DNA from: Lepidodermella squamata
Lineage: Eukaryota > Animalia > Gastrotricha
NCBI GenBank assembly: GCA_047495785.1
Contig: JBLDXI010000007.1
Span: 1,488,001 to 1,552,000, forward strand
Length of the DNA: 64,000 nt
Reading direction: 5' to 3'
Shown here: positions 45,765 to 57,266 of the stretch, one piece after another
How positions within the stretch are numbered: position 1 is the first letter of the stretch
How the letters are laid out: every line of letters starts with the position of its first letter
Made by a program: the position numbers and the translations under genes
Notes under the pieces: model-generated
What the model saw: only the letters and a program-made list of their open reading frames with translations
Database searches by the model: none
What the model was told of the DNA's origin: nothing

Positions 45765-47906
45765 AGTTGCAAGACATTCAAATAACCTATGGCACTTCTC
45801 TTTTCAACCTTACAGTCCAGGTCACACAATAAATTTCAGACTTTATGAATCTTCAACCAGAAGTTGCCTCAAAGCTCAAAGCTCAAAGCTAACCAACTTG
45901 TAAAGATTCATGGAAAATGTAACCTCTGATAAATAATTGGAAATACAGCCGAATCAAAGGCGAATGGATGTGCCAAGTCAACACCCTAAGTTCAGTTCCA
46001 GTTCAGGGTTCCAGCGCTAAAATTTGATGCGCGTGCACTAGATTTTCAAGTTTCAGGTCTGAATTTGTATCATTTGCCCAAGCTGCAAATGTCACGCGTA
46101 TTTGGCCCTATGAACGCTACTTCAGTATGCAGGCCGATATCAGTTCCAAGTATCGATTTCACAAATCAGTGATTTTTCCGATATTCGAAGTCTTGGAAGC
46201 CAATATCGAAAATGTTTCTACCTTATACCATAATAATACCATGCAGCTATATAATTAAATATCCTAGGGCCATGGATCATGAGGGGCTTCAATATTGAAA
46301 AAGAAAGGAAAAGCCTGAAATCACCCAGAATTAGAAGAATAGACTCTGGAACCTCAATTTTAGTGGCGCAAATATGTTGACCCAGAGCGAAAATCCCCTA
46401 CGTTCGAAATTTCTATCCAAATTCTTGCCGATTGACGATTATAGAGAAAAGTTTACTTTGCCAAATCATAATTCTCGTCCAAAAAGAACCAAACCTTTAT
46501 TTATATAGAGATTACGATCCATGCGTTTTTTTTTAATTTCCGAAAAGCGAGTCTGGTTACGTTTTGGTAGCAATATTACCCCATTAATTAAAAGTTGAAG
46601 TTGGAAAAAATGAAAGTTATTACTGGCCATCTTACTAAGAAGATGCAATGTCAATAATGCGAAATAATTACTATTTGGGTAATTATAGCCAAGCATCGGC
46701 CGATTTATCGACAATAGTAATTTGAACGTGTTAATTATTAAATTTACCCCAGAAAAACGCCGATGTAAGGTGAATCGAAGCGAAAAGAAGCGCACCAATC
46801 CGCATCGCCAAATTAGTTTCCGTTCACCCTCGAGCAAAGTTCAGAAGAGAAAAAAAAAACAATAACACACAGAAAATATTTGCGTCAAACTGTGGCGCTC
46901 ATGTGTACAATTAACAGCGGCTAGTTTTTAACTGCCGCGCATCACACAAGCGCTTATTAGGCCTGCTGCAAAAATTATACCCTGCGAGAAGCCATTATTT
47001 CGCAATTTTCCCTGCTTTTTTCTGCATCAGACACACGCTGTTAGTTATTGTTGTGTTGCGTTTATAGAAACACAAACTGCTGCTGGCATATCACCCACTG
47101 CTGCGGTGGCTCAGTGTGTCTGTCATTTTTCGTGTCATCGCGCTCTTTCGCGCGCGTGAGATGATAAGTGCTTATAGGTATATACTAGTCTTATAAATGC
47201 GCGCACTTGTTGCGGTGGCTCACTTTCAGCGGCAGTAATAACGCGCTCGCTCTTGCTTTTTTCGACACCACTAAAAACCAATTGGCGGCGGCACATATCG
47301 CGGGATATAAGTGACACGGCGACTTGAAAGCGTCACGGCCAATCCAGCCGGTTGAATTACATTTTCACGGACTGATGAAATGCTGTGATGAAGGTTCAAT
47401 TACTCTGCGTCCAAGCAAATTTCCGTGTTTTAGCTAATTAAAGTAACGCTAATAAAAAAGCTACACTATTAGCGAGCAAACTTATAGCTAGATCATTGGG
47501 ACAACAAGCACCGGTCAAATTGTCTTGAAACTGGAGTACTACCAAAATGAGTAATAAACAAGAAAAAAGGCTGCTAAAATTAACGCGAGATTCTTGTCAA
47601 AGTTCCGCTTCTGACTAAATTACTCTCTACCGAGTATTGTTGACAGAGCAGCTGGAATAATATGAAATACCTGACGAACAGCAAGCTGTGTTTTGCTTTC
47701 CAGAATGATTCCGCAACTTCGGCTTCGTTTTCTCCGAATTATTCAGCTTCGAAATGGGTCTTAGAGCATCTTGCTCTTTGTATTAAATCTTTGAGGATGG
47801 GTAATAAAATGTCGACGAGTCATGTCCTGAATCTCAGTGTTTCTTTAAAACCTTTGAAATCAAATAGAAATATATCTAAGCATATGACTTCTTGAAATAT
47901 CGCCGA

Positions 47907-47988
47907 GGTAGCCTGGCCGAGTGGTCTAAGGCGCTAGATTTAGGCTCTAGTCTCTTCGGAGGCGTGGGTTCGAACCCCACCGCTGCCA
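47907..47988 (+). tRNA. tRNA-Leu(TAG)
   Basis: Cloverleaf; one acceptor-stem variant (G7C). Confidence 0.88.
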
Positions 47989-48147
47989 TCATTTTGATAT
48001 CAGCTACGGCGAAACCGAAACTCAAACTAATTTCAGCAGGCAGTGGGCAAATATTTGAATTCATTCGTGACTCGGGTAATTGGGATACAAGTTTCTTTAT
48101 GTTGTAGCTTGCAATATTGAGCCAGCTGGTCACTTTTATGCCAGCAA

Positions 48148-48229
48148 GTCGCTATGCCCGAGTGGTTAAGGGGTCTGACTAGAAATCAGATGCGGTCTCC
48201 GCGCGTAGGTTCAAATCCTACTGGCGACG
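48148..48229 (+). tRNA. tRNA-Ser(AGA)
   Basis: Cloverleaf, anticodon AGA. Confidence 0.92.
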
Positions 48230-48304
48230 AACATTTTTGCAAATTTGATTTGAAAACTAGATTCTGCAACAATTTGCTTCCAGAAGAGTATTCGAATTCA
48301 TGAG

Positions 48305-48376
48305 GCGTCAGTGGTGTAACGGTCAGCATGGTTGCCTTCCAAGCAGCCGATCCGGGTTCGACTCCCGGCTGACGCA
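48305..48376 (+). tRNA. tRNA-Gly(TCC)
   Basis: Cloverleaf, anticodon TCC. Confidence 0.92.
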
Positions 48377-48467
48377 CACGTTTTTATAGCCCATGTTCGA
48401 GAGTTGCGAACACATTGCTAGGAGAGGTTAAAGGTTAAGCTGACCTTGCCGAAACCAGTGTTCGAAA

Positions 48468-48539
48468 GGTCCCATGGTGTAGCGGTTAGCACTCTGGACT
48501 CTGAATCCAGCGACTCGAGTTCGATTCTCGATGGGACCT
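48468..48539 (+). tRNA. tRNA-Gln(CTG)
   Basis: Cloverleaf, anticodon CTG. Confidence 0.92.
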
Positions 48540-48611
48540 TGATATGTTTTTTCAAACAAACTTTAGATCATTGTAGTTACCATGTTGGGAACTTTTTATT
48601 GTACTAGCCTA

Positions 48612-48683
48612 GGGGGCATAGCTCAGTGGTAGAGCGTCTCATTCGCATTGTGAAGGTCTCGGGTTCAATCCCCGATGCCTCCA
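48612..48683 (+). tRNA. tRNA-Ala(CGC)
   Basis: Same sequence as the other two copies. Confidence 0.88.
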
Positions 48684-48743
48684 GTTGGCCACTTTTTTCG
48701 CGTTATTAACCGGATAAATTACTAGAAAAAAGTCGAAAAATAG

Positions 48744-48827
48744 TGTCAGAAGTGGGGTTCGAACCCACGCCCTCTTTCGAGGACCAGATCTTGAGTCTGG
48801 CGCCTTTGACCGCTCGGCCATCCTGAC
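48744..48827 (-). tRNA. tRNA-Leu(CAA)
   Basis: Near-identical to 21281-21364. Confidence 0.92.
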
Positions 48828-48936
48828 TGCTTGACCAACCTTTCGATTATTTGCAAATCAACACGCTGTTTCTAGCTTCTTGTAATTACAATCAGAGCGA
48901 GCTTGAAACCTTCCATAGGCTGCAGCTGTTCAGAGA

Positions 48937-49009
48937 GGCGCTGTGGCGAAATGGCTATCGCGTCGGACTTCGGATCCGAAGATTGTGGGTTCGAGTCCCA
49001 TCAGCGTCA
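48937..49009 (+). tRNA. tRNA-Arg(TCG)
   Basis: Same sequence as 21099-21171. Confidence 0.9.
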
Positions 49010-49140
49010 TTTGCTCCTTTTGTACTATTTTTGTTTTTGTTTGTACTATTTTCAGTAGCACGCTTCAAAAGCCAACGTATTTTTATTTCTTATTTTTCTG
49101 ATTTCGTACATTGACCAACAATTTGCGTCTCATATCACGG

Positions 49141-49213
49141 GCCTTCCTAGCTCAGTCGGTAGAGCATGTGACTTTTAATCACAGGGTCGGGGGTTCGAGT
49201 CCCCCGGAGGGCG
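49141..49213 (+). tRNA. tRNA-Lys(TTT)
   Basis: Same sequence as 20899-20971. Confidence 0.92.
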
Positions 49214-49288
49214 CAATAATTTTTACCCAAAGTAACTTGCTAATGGGAAGTAACCTTTTCATGCTGCTAAGAAGCCGAAGATCTCGAA

Positions 49289-49361
49289 GGGGGATTAGCT
49301 CAAATGGTAGAGCGCTCGCTTAGCATGCGAGAGGTAACGGGATCGACGCCCGTATCCTCCA
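49289..49361 (+). tRNA. tRNA-Ala(AGC)
   Basis: Same sequence as 20752-20824. Confidence 0.93.
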
Positions 49362-49514
49362 TTCTTTTTCCGCCATAATCTGCAGTGTTATTAGCTGCAA
49401 ATAACGTAAAATTAAAAAATTTCCCCGAATACATTAAGTGGTTTTCGACTTATCTAGCTCGCAAAGGATTCACTTGGAGTTTTCGATTTTTTCTCAAGGT
49501 TATTGTTCTATCAA

Positions 49515-49596
49515 GGTAGCGTGGCCGAGTGGTCTAAGGCGCTAGATTTAGGCTCTAGTCTCTTCGGAGGCGTGGGTTCGAACCCCACCGCTGCCA
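49515..49596 (+). tRNA. tRNA-Leu(TAG)
   Basis: Cloverleaf, anticodon TAG. Confidence 0.93.
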
Positions 49597-49666
49597 TCAC
49601 TTTTTTCGCTCAAATTTTTGGAAACTCTTAAAACAACCATCGAGTGTTTAGATCACTCTTCAGACA

Positions 49667-49738
49667 AGCAGAGTGGCGCAGTGGAAGCGCGCTGGGCCCA
49701 TAACCCAGAGGTCTGTAGATCGAAACTACGCTCTGCTA
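49667..49738 (+). tRNA. initiator tRNA-Met(CAT)
   Basis: Initiator hallmarks as in the other copies. Confidence 0.93.
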
Positions 49739-49808
49739 ACTGTCGCAATATTTTTTTATCAACATTTTCAAGAAAAGAAGGAATAGCCAAATGATTCTAG
49801 CTTCAATT

Positions 49809-49856
49809 TATGGTCCAACTGCTGAGTAGGGTGGATCGCTTGGACCTTTGGCCACT
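49809..49856 (+). promoter_or_regulatory. Conserved U1 upstream element (candidate PSE region)
   Basis: TATGGTCCAACTGCT...GATCGC.TGGACC..TGGCCACT conserved in all three U1 loci while further upstream spacer diverges more. Confidence 0.5.
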
Positions 49857-50015
49857 AAACTTACCTGGCACTGGGATGAACCGAGCTCAGCAAGTCGGTC
49901 GCCCCAGGGCGAGGCGGGCCATTGCACTGCGGTCCGCTGACCCCTGCGCTCTGCCTCATCGGCCGAGTCGGGTGCAAAATATTTCACTTGGGTACCGGCG
50001 TTCGCGCCACACCCG
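49857..50015 (+). ncRNA. U1: U1 snRNA (divergent; stem III variant)
   Basis: AAACTTACCTGG...CCATTGCACT...GGCGTTCGCGCC. Confidence 0.9.
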
Positions 50016-50099
50016 TAAAATTACGAAAAATGAAATCCGTAAAAACCGCGGAATGGAAAAAATACCGAACATTTGAGACGGGCGCCAAACTGCGTTAAA

Positions 50100-50680
50100 C
50101 GAGACGAGACATATTTTGTGAGAAAAGCTAGTGTGACTCTTGACAGGAGTTGTGAAACCCTTGGAGAATTTCGGAGAATTTAGAGTACCTTATTCTTCTG
50201 AATAAACCAGGTAGTTATTTGGAAACAACGGGCGTTTGCAATACTCGAAGATTTACGAACTGGATCGCAAAGCTAATGGCTTGAGGTTTTTGGCAGGTCG
50301 ACAGACAACGTATTCGTGGCGGCTGGCGGCTTTCGTTCACTACTACAGCTTTTTTGGCGAGGTCATCGCCCTAAATTACATGGACGAGCCGAAGCCATCT
50401 GACAGCAGATCTGACGCCGGATAATTGCATACTACAGACTAATTTCGACCCATGTCCTAACCAGCGGCTGGTCACTGCTGAATGCTTGAAGTATAAAGAT
50501 GAAATCTATGTTCCTGATCTAGGAATGACTATTGAAGAATTGCAGCGAAGTGAAAATGCAGCAAATGACAGGTTCAATCATTCTTCAACGAAATACAGTG
50601 GCGCAACGTATCAAGAATCTTTTTTGATCGATTTGCTCAATTCTATCAATTCATTATTGAATCACAAAAATCCGAAATAA
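50100..50680 (+). pseudogene. Frameshifted fragment of PLCXD-like exon 2
   Basis: LAAFVHYYSFFGEVIALNYMDEPKP and YVPDLGMTIEELQR match 59775-60329; indels. Confidence 0.8.
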
Positions 50681-51796
50681 TGTAAATTTATTTTTTGCTT
50701 GTAATAAGCTTTGTAATTATACGCATCCGCATCGATATTTTAGGTTATTGTTCTCGATTCTAATAAAATAATAAATACTTGCATCAAGCGAGATTCAACT
50801 GGGTATCTAGTACCTAGTTGCTAATCGGAATTCGTCAAAGTAAGTCAGAGCAATCGAAATACCACACGACATTGAAATTGCTGGCCTTGAAGGTAGCTCG
50901 ACACCTAGAACAGAGCTGGGATACATGCTAAGCTGCCTGCAAACCAAATTTCTCCGAAAAATTCCGAGCTAAAAATGACTCTTCCCAAGGAGCAACATTA
51001 TGTAATTCGTGCTTTTCCAGAACAAAATGGCATCGAATGTTCTCCAGCTCTCTGCTCCAGCAGAACATTATTATATTTGTCATATCGTTAGGGTGTTTGG
51101 AAAATTCAGATTCAAGCTTGTTAACGATAATTATAGCGCGGCAGCTGACAAGTAAGTAAAAAGCGGTGTCTGAATGTTTTTCAACGTGAATAAACAGGCA
51201 AAAACGAAGAAGTTATACTTGTCACCTGTCACTTCATAGTTAACAATGTAAATATGCTGAAATCCGATGTCTTCAAAGACGAAAACGATATGTAGGTAAA
51301 TTCTTTGCTTATTTTGAATGCTTTACATATATATCCCGACATATATTCGAGAAATATTTCTTTTCGATCTTAGCAACAAGAATTTGAAACAATCAGACCG
51401 CTATATCTCACACCGTTATGAAACTATAGCTTAAAAAGTCATTTAAAAATGGTTTTTTTCAATTTAAAATGTAAGGTAACCCGGTTTCATCATCCGGTCA
51501 AGGTCAATAAAAAATAATACAGTGTCCGGCATAGTTTCATTGACTTGTATGTACATTTTTATCAACTTTCGACAAAGACTAACGGAGCCGCTTTGATTTT
51601 AGTCAAGTGGTCGAAACCTCCCTATCGGCGCAGGCGAAGTGCTGTTTTAGGCAGTATTAGGCTAGAGATGTTAGACGTTAGGGACCTTCATGGGAGTAAT
51701 TTAGAATCTAAAAATGCTATGTTGAAAACATCTGAAACATTCAGCGCTCTGGCATGCTATATTATAAGGTTCGATTTATGACTCACTAGGTTCTCT

Positions 51797-53008
51797 ATGA
51801 TGATAAGATTTGCTTGGATCGTTCACTTGTTGCCTCTGGCAACTCACAGCGAAGAAGTGGCAAACAACTCGACCCTACATGAGCGACTGGAGGCTCGCTT
51901 CTTCGAGCTATGTCCTGCTGCGCGATCAAAATACTTGCCACTTGAGACAATTCGCTGGAGCCGATTGACGGGTCGAAATAATGATAACTTTATCACAGTT
52001 AGGGTATCCTTGTCTTTATTCCGATTTATCGAGATCAGTGATATCGACCGGCGGCTTTCACTTTCCGGTGAAATCAAGTACTTTTGGAAATACCCGTGTC
52101 CGAGCATCGACTGCCAGGATCTATTGAACGGCGACGATTTGGCCGTTTGCAACATTACAGACATGCATTTTACGGTGTCGACGCAGGACTATTGGTACCC
52201 AATTTTGACCCATATGAATGCATTCGAGAAGGCTCGTCTGTCAGCTGATGAAATTTCAGCATTGCCAATGCGAATTTATCCGCTAACCTCCGAGGCTTAT
52301 TTGTCTCACTTTGCGCGATTTGACTCAGCATGTAAAACATTTCAATTCAGCCTATTCCCATTCGATTCATTGAACTGCTCGATCTTGATGGATTCAGATG
52401 ATAACTTGGTTATGTACGACCCGTTTTCGCTGGCTATCGACAAAAGCTCAGCCTCGATATTCATAAAAGATGTGGAGCTATGGGAGCTCAAGAATCTACT
52501 GCCTCGGCTAGTTATGGTGAAATCTCTCGAGAGCAATATCTCCTTCAGCCGAGTGTATTTCTCAATGTTTTACAAGAGGAAATCCTTCTTCTACATCTGC
52601 AACACATTCCTACCAACAATGCTGCTTTTCGTCGTGCAGATGGCGTCACTTATCGTGCAGCCCGAATCAGGAGAAAGGTCCAATCTATGTGTTACGGTTA
52701 TGCTGGCTTACACGGTAATCCTAACGATGATATACGAGCAAATACCGCCGACCTCAGAACCTGTTTACCTGGTTTATATGGTTATAACCAAGTTCGCGAT
52801 CGGTGGCCTCATCACCGTTTACATGATTTTAATCTGGCAACTTGGGATCACCTACAAGGAGAGTGCTAGAAAGATCCAGATAAAGTGTTTCAAGCATGGC
52901 TTTAAGCTGTCTACTTTGCGAATCGCCGACATAACGATAGCCGCTATTTCAACGATATCAGTCATAGTTTCAGACATCATTTATTTCAGCTACATGTTGG
53001 CTGGGTGA
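51797..53008 (+). CDS. Intronless Cys-loop ligand-gated ion channel subunit (nAChR/5-HT3-like, probably cationic)
   Basis: Signal peptide; WYPIL; CKTFQFSLFPFDSLNC; M1 FFYICNTFLPT; GER-M2; M3 after PPTSEP; short loop; M4. Confidence 0.9.
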   Translation: MMIRFAWIVHLLPLATHSEEVANNSTLHERLEARFFELCPAARSKYLPLETIRWSRLTGRNNDNFITVRVSLSLFRFIEISDIDRRLSLSGEIKYFWKYPCPSIDCQDLLNGDDLAVCNITDMHFTVSTQDYWYPILTHMNAFEKARLSADEISALPMRIYPLTSEAYLSHFARFDSACKTFQFSLFPFDSLNCSILMDSDDNLVMYDPFSLAIDKSSASIFIKDVELWELKNLLPRLVMVKSLESNISFSRVYFSMFYKRKSFFYICNTFLPTMLLFVVQMASLIVQPESGERSNLCVTVMLAYTVILTMIYEQIPPTSEPVYLVYMVITKFAIGGLITVYMILIWQLGITYKESARKIQIKCFKHGFKLSTLRIADITIAAISTISVIVSDIIYFSYMLAG

Positions 53009-53306
53009 TCTTGTCTATAGGTTCTCGGTGCTCTTATATCGGTCAAGGTTACTGTCTTAAGCTTCATAATTTTTCAATAAATAGGACGAGTTCCCCACGT
53101 CATCTTGAGATATCAGAAAACTTGCCATTTTTCAGATGAGCTTTTTTGGATGAAACTTTCAGGAGAAGTTCAAGTTCTCAGCGTTATCGATGGCCAAAGC
53201 TTGGCTTTAACCATCCAGTTCAACTTGAAAACTTTGGCTTGAAAATGCGGTATGGAGAAGATCCCTCATCTTCAGGCAAGACAGTTTTCAAACTTGCACA
53301 TTTTAT

Positions 53307-53417
53307 CCCTTATGCTACCAAATGGACGTAGATTTTTCCCGCGCGCGCCAACTTTTGAACTGATCGACAAAATAAAATAGCGCGAGAATTCTAGTTCCTT
53401 TTGGTAGCATAAGGATC
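53307..53417. repeat. Short inverted-repeat element
   Basis: ccttatgctaccaaa / tttggtagcataagg arms. Confidence 0.5.
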
Positions 53418-54114
53418 ATTTTAGATCGCGTTAACAGTTAACAGCCAAGCATGTTGAAGAATTATGACACGTTGTGACAGGGGAATAGCGAAATCGTAAT
53501 AATTATGGAACCCACCTATGAGGGCAAATCCATCAAGTTTTGTCTCTGGTATATGTCATCAAGATATGAGCAAACAGACAGGTGCAAAGGACCTTTAAGT
53601 CCTAAAGTACCCGTAACATGGGTACATTTGCGGACTATTGGAACCCTCGCCAGGTTTTCCCAAGGCACTTTGCACTTTAGGTATCGCCAACAGCCAGACA
53701 GCTAGTACAGCTACACCTAATAATTTTGCTCATCTAGATCATGAAAAATCTGGTATTACTGCCCGAAAATTGCGGCCTTAATTTCGGTTTTTTTGGAATT
53801 ATTTCAGTGCCTACGAACTCAGTTTCTCATGAAGGATGATTTCGGTACATGAAGGCTGAACTTTTTTCTGGTGCATGGGGCTATTCGGAATCTAGATGTT
53901 ATTAGGACCTTTTGAAACTTGTGTTAATGCAGGAAAAACCAGGGGTAACTCCGACTCGAAAGCCCTCAAAACTAAAATTGCTTGATACTTCGCGTATATA
54001 TTTCTCTTTAATCCATGCTCGCTTAATCCGCGTATGTGATTCACCAAGTGAGGTGTTTAAAACAGGCAACATTTTAAAGCCGACGCAGAAAAAGTTCAAA
54101 GCATTATAAAAGAA

Positions 54115-55376
54115 ATGAAGCTACCAATATGCAACGTAATTTATTCTACCTTGCTGTTAGCTCTTGTTCTGGCTAGTAAAGCTGGGAAGCTTCCCCTAGC
54201 ATGCTTGACGAATGCTTCACTCGCCGAATGGATGACCAATTTACCTGAGAGGCTACTCGACATGCCTTTGACTAAATTAGCTATTCCTGGCTCATATGCA
54301 TCCTTTTCCAGTAGCATCGACACTGCGACGGATACGGATTCTCCCTACAAGGAAATGACGCATTACTATCGCGAAATCTACTCGGCTAGAAAAATTTACC
54401 AAGAACTAGAATATACCTGCCGGCTAAAACAGTGGAGCATAGCGCAGGAGCATTCATTATCCGACCAACTAAACTTCGGCATCCGGTATTTTGATCTTCC
54501 TGTCGCGGCCCAAAACGATGGGGGAATTAATTTGACTCGATACCTCCACCATTCGCAGGACATGTTCAGCGCTGAGGTATTCGGCGCCATTAGAGAATTT
54601 CTTAAGTCATACCCTGGCGAAGTTGTTTTGCTAAAGTTCAACTATTTCAATGGCATATCTTGGTCGGATCATGTCGCGTTTTTAAAGAAACTCTACATCT
54701 ACTTTGGCTATATGATCGCAAAGCCCAGTGATTACCCGAATGGACCGAGTTCGATGAGCCTGAGCAAAATGACAGCTGCGGGGCATCAAATTATCATTTT
54801 TTACGAAAGACCAGCAGGTCCAGCTAGTTCCATAGCATGGCTGTCTTACTCGGGCGCCATTAGCGATTACTACACCAAGTTACCAGCTTATTACAAGGAA
54901 AATAGTAAACTCGAGGAAAAGTGGACAGCAGTATAAAATATAAAGCAAGAATTAGGCTTGAAATAATTTATAAATTGCAGGCTCTCAAGTCGCGAACTGC
55001 GGACGATCCGGGTTTTTTTGTCTTGCCAGGCGTGGCAGAACCGTCTATGGAAATGTTATCAGAAAAGCTGAAGAAAGCTGGCAGTTATTTAGAGGCGATG
55101 GGTGCCTGCACAACTCGCCGGTTTATTACGTGGATAAACGAAGAGCGGCTGAAGGCGAAGGGTGAGAACGTGAACATATTCCTGGCGGCTTTCGTTCACT
55201 ATTACAACTTTTTCGGCGAGATAATTGCGCTCAACTACGCAGACGAGTCGAAACCAGTCAGGGCTGCAGATCTCACCGCGGATTATTGCATAATACAGCC
55301 AAGTTTTGACGCTTGCCATAATCAACTACCGGATACCGATGATGATGAATGCAAGCAGAAATATGGATCACATAAG

Positions 55377-55408
<32 letters not shown>

Positions 55409-55412
55409 ATAA
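54115..55412 (+). CDS. Secreted PLCXD-like protein, catalytic residues substituted, poly-Asp tail; intron 54931-54980
   Basis: Signal peptide; LAIPGSYAS; GIRYFDLPV; YPGEVVLL; exon 2 homologous to the paralogs. Confidence 0.85.
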
Positions 55413-56268
55413 TAATTATAATAAAAACTCACATTTCTCTACTTGTCTTTACTTTTGTGAACATTTTATTCATATTTAACATTGGATTTTGCACTTAATT
55501 CTAACTTTGGACATGGCTTCTTCACTTGGGAAGTCAGAAGTTGCGAAGATAATTTAGCACTGATGTTTCAATACCGTTGCGCAGGATAAATTTGGACATG
55601 GTAATTTTGGACACTCCGGCTTTGAAGGTGTAACGCCGAACAACAACAACACACAGGAATTGTTGGATACAATTCCCATCTCTTGAGCTTTCGAATGGCG
55701 CATGTCCCGAAGTGATTGAAGCAATACTTGATTTTTAATGTATGTTATAAGCAAGGTAACTCAAATTTCGATTTAGGACCCCCTCTTATCTCTCAAACAA
55801 ATGATCATTTTGGGACGAAAATTGGCATGGCGTTGCTCTTTCAGTTATCGAAAGAAAAACGAAGATCCAACGATTGGTTTTTGCAGGGCTTTCACCTGAA
55901 GGTCATGTAAAAATCTGGTAATTTTGGACCTGCATAAATGCGGCTGAGCAAAAATGTATCTTTCTCGATTTCTTCGGAAAACAGATGATGCGCGATCTTG
56001 CTCTTAAATATCTTCTAATGTTGACCCAAAACTAAGAAACAGTAACTTAACACCTAGAACTTAAACAGAAACTTAACAGAAACTTAAAAACCACTATGCC
56101 CTTACATATGCAAATGAGCGTGAATTGCCCGCCAATTGTCCAACTTGAGCCTTACATGTTTTCGATCGCCAAAAATCAGGTAAAGATCGTAAAGTCACCA
56201 AATTTTACCGATAAATCGAGGCTCACCTTACACACCTCTTGTCGATTTGTGAATGGGTCCTCCTGTTA

Positions 56269-56487
56269 GCGGAACCAAATTGTAGACTTTTCTAGTGGCC
56301 TGAAATCGCTTTTCAAATATATATCGCAGGTCAAGATTGGCCACAATAATTCTAGAAAATTCACCAGTAAATTCAGGGCAATATTCTCTATAAGACGGAC
56401 TGTTCATTTCAGAATGTATGCTTTTAGCCTAATATTCGTAGAAATATTCAAAAAATGACTCTTGGCATATTTCGAATTTGGTTCCGC
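56269..56487. mobile_element. MITE with GCGGAACCAAA TIRs and TA flanks
   Basis: TA-gcggaaccaaatt...aatttggttccgc-TA; homologous to 7109-7510. Confidence 0.72.
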
Positions 56488-57266
56488 TACAGCAAATTAG
56501 GTTGCGCTCACCGTAAATTTCGTTCCACTAAAAGATATTCCGTTTCTGAATTACGATTGACTTTCCAGTCCTCGAAAAACATGGTTTTGTCCATAATTAC
56601 CTGCCCTTTCGTAAATTGGCGGGGAAATGAGAATTATGAATGAAAGCAGCATAATGACTCGTTTTCGGTCTATTAGCCGGTGGGCCCACATGAAAGCCCA
56701 GATAAAACAGTTTTCTTGTTTCGATGTTTCGCGTGAAAATTGTCGGAATACAAGTCACTTCAGTTAGAAGTTGGCTCGCCGAGTCGAAATTGGGAATTTC
56801 TGCTCTATTAGAATCGTGATTATTTTAATTTTTAATTTGCGACACTTTTCCCTCATACGTTATTTTGACCACATACTTTGGTTACTAATTACGATTATTT
56901 AACGATCTGTGGGCGATGAAGATCATCTAAACAAATGAGTCACCATCCGCGGAGCTTCTCGGCGCGAAAATTTAAGGAAAATTGGCATGTCATTGACGAT
57001 TAAGTTGGACGGCTGCAGCCTCCAGTTTTTGAGGAATAAATGGGTGTGTGCGTACGATTTCCAAGCGTGTAAGTGTAATTTTTCTTGCGGCTAAAAAAAT
57101 TCTCCGGCAAACCGTGTGTTCTCATGTTTGACTAATAAGGAAAGGTTCCAAGCTGAACACAACAGGTATGAACCACTTGCCATTAAAAAATACATGCCTA
57201 ATAGAGAAGGAAAAGAATGTCCGCATGTCAACAAAAAGCTGCCTGGGATATTAATGCCAACCACGA

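Noticed and set aside
49810-50076. Thrice-repeated MVQLL... ORF (also at 24947 and 37390)
   Set aside because: It is the translation of the U1 snRNA gene and its upstream element
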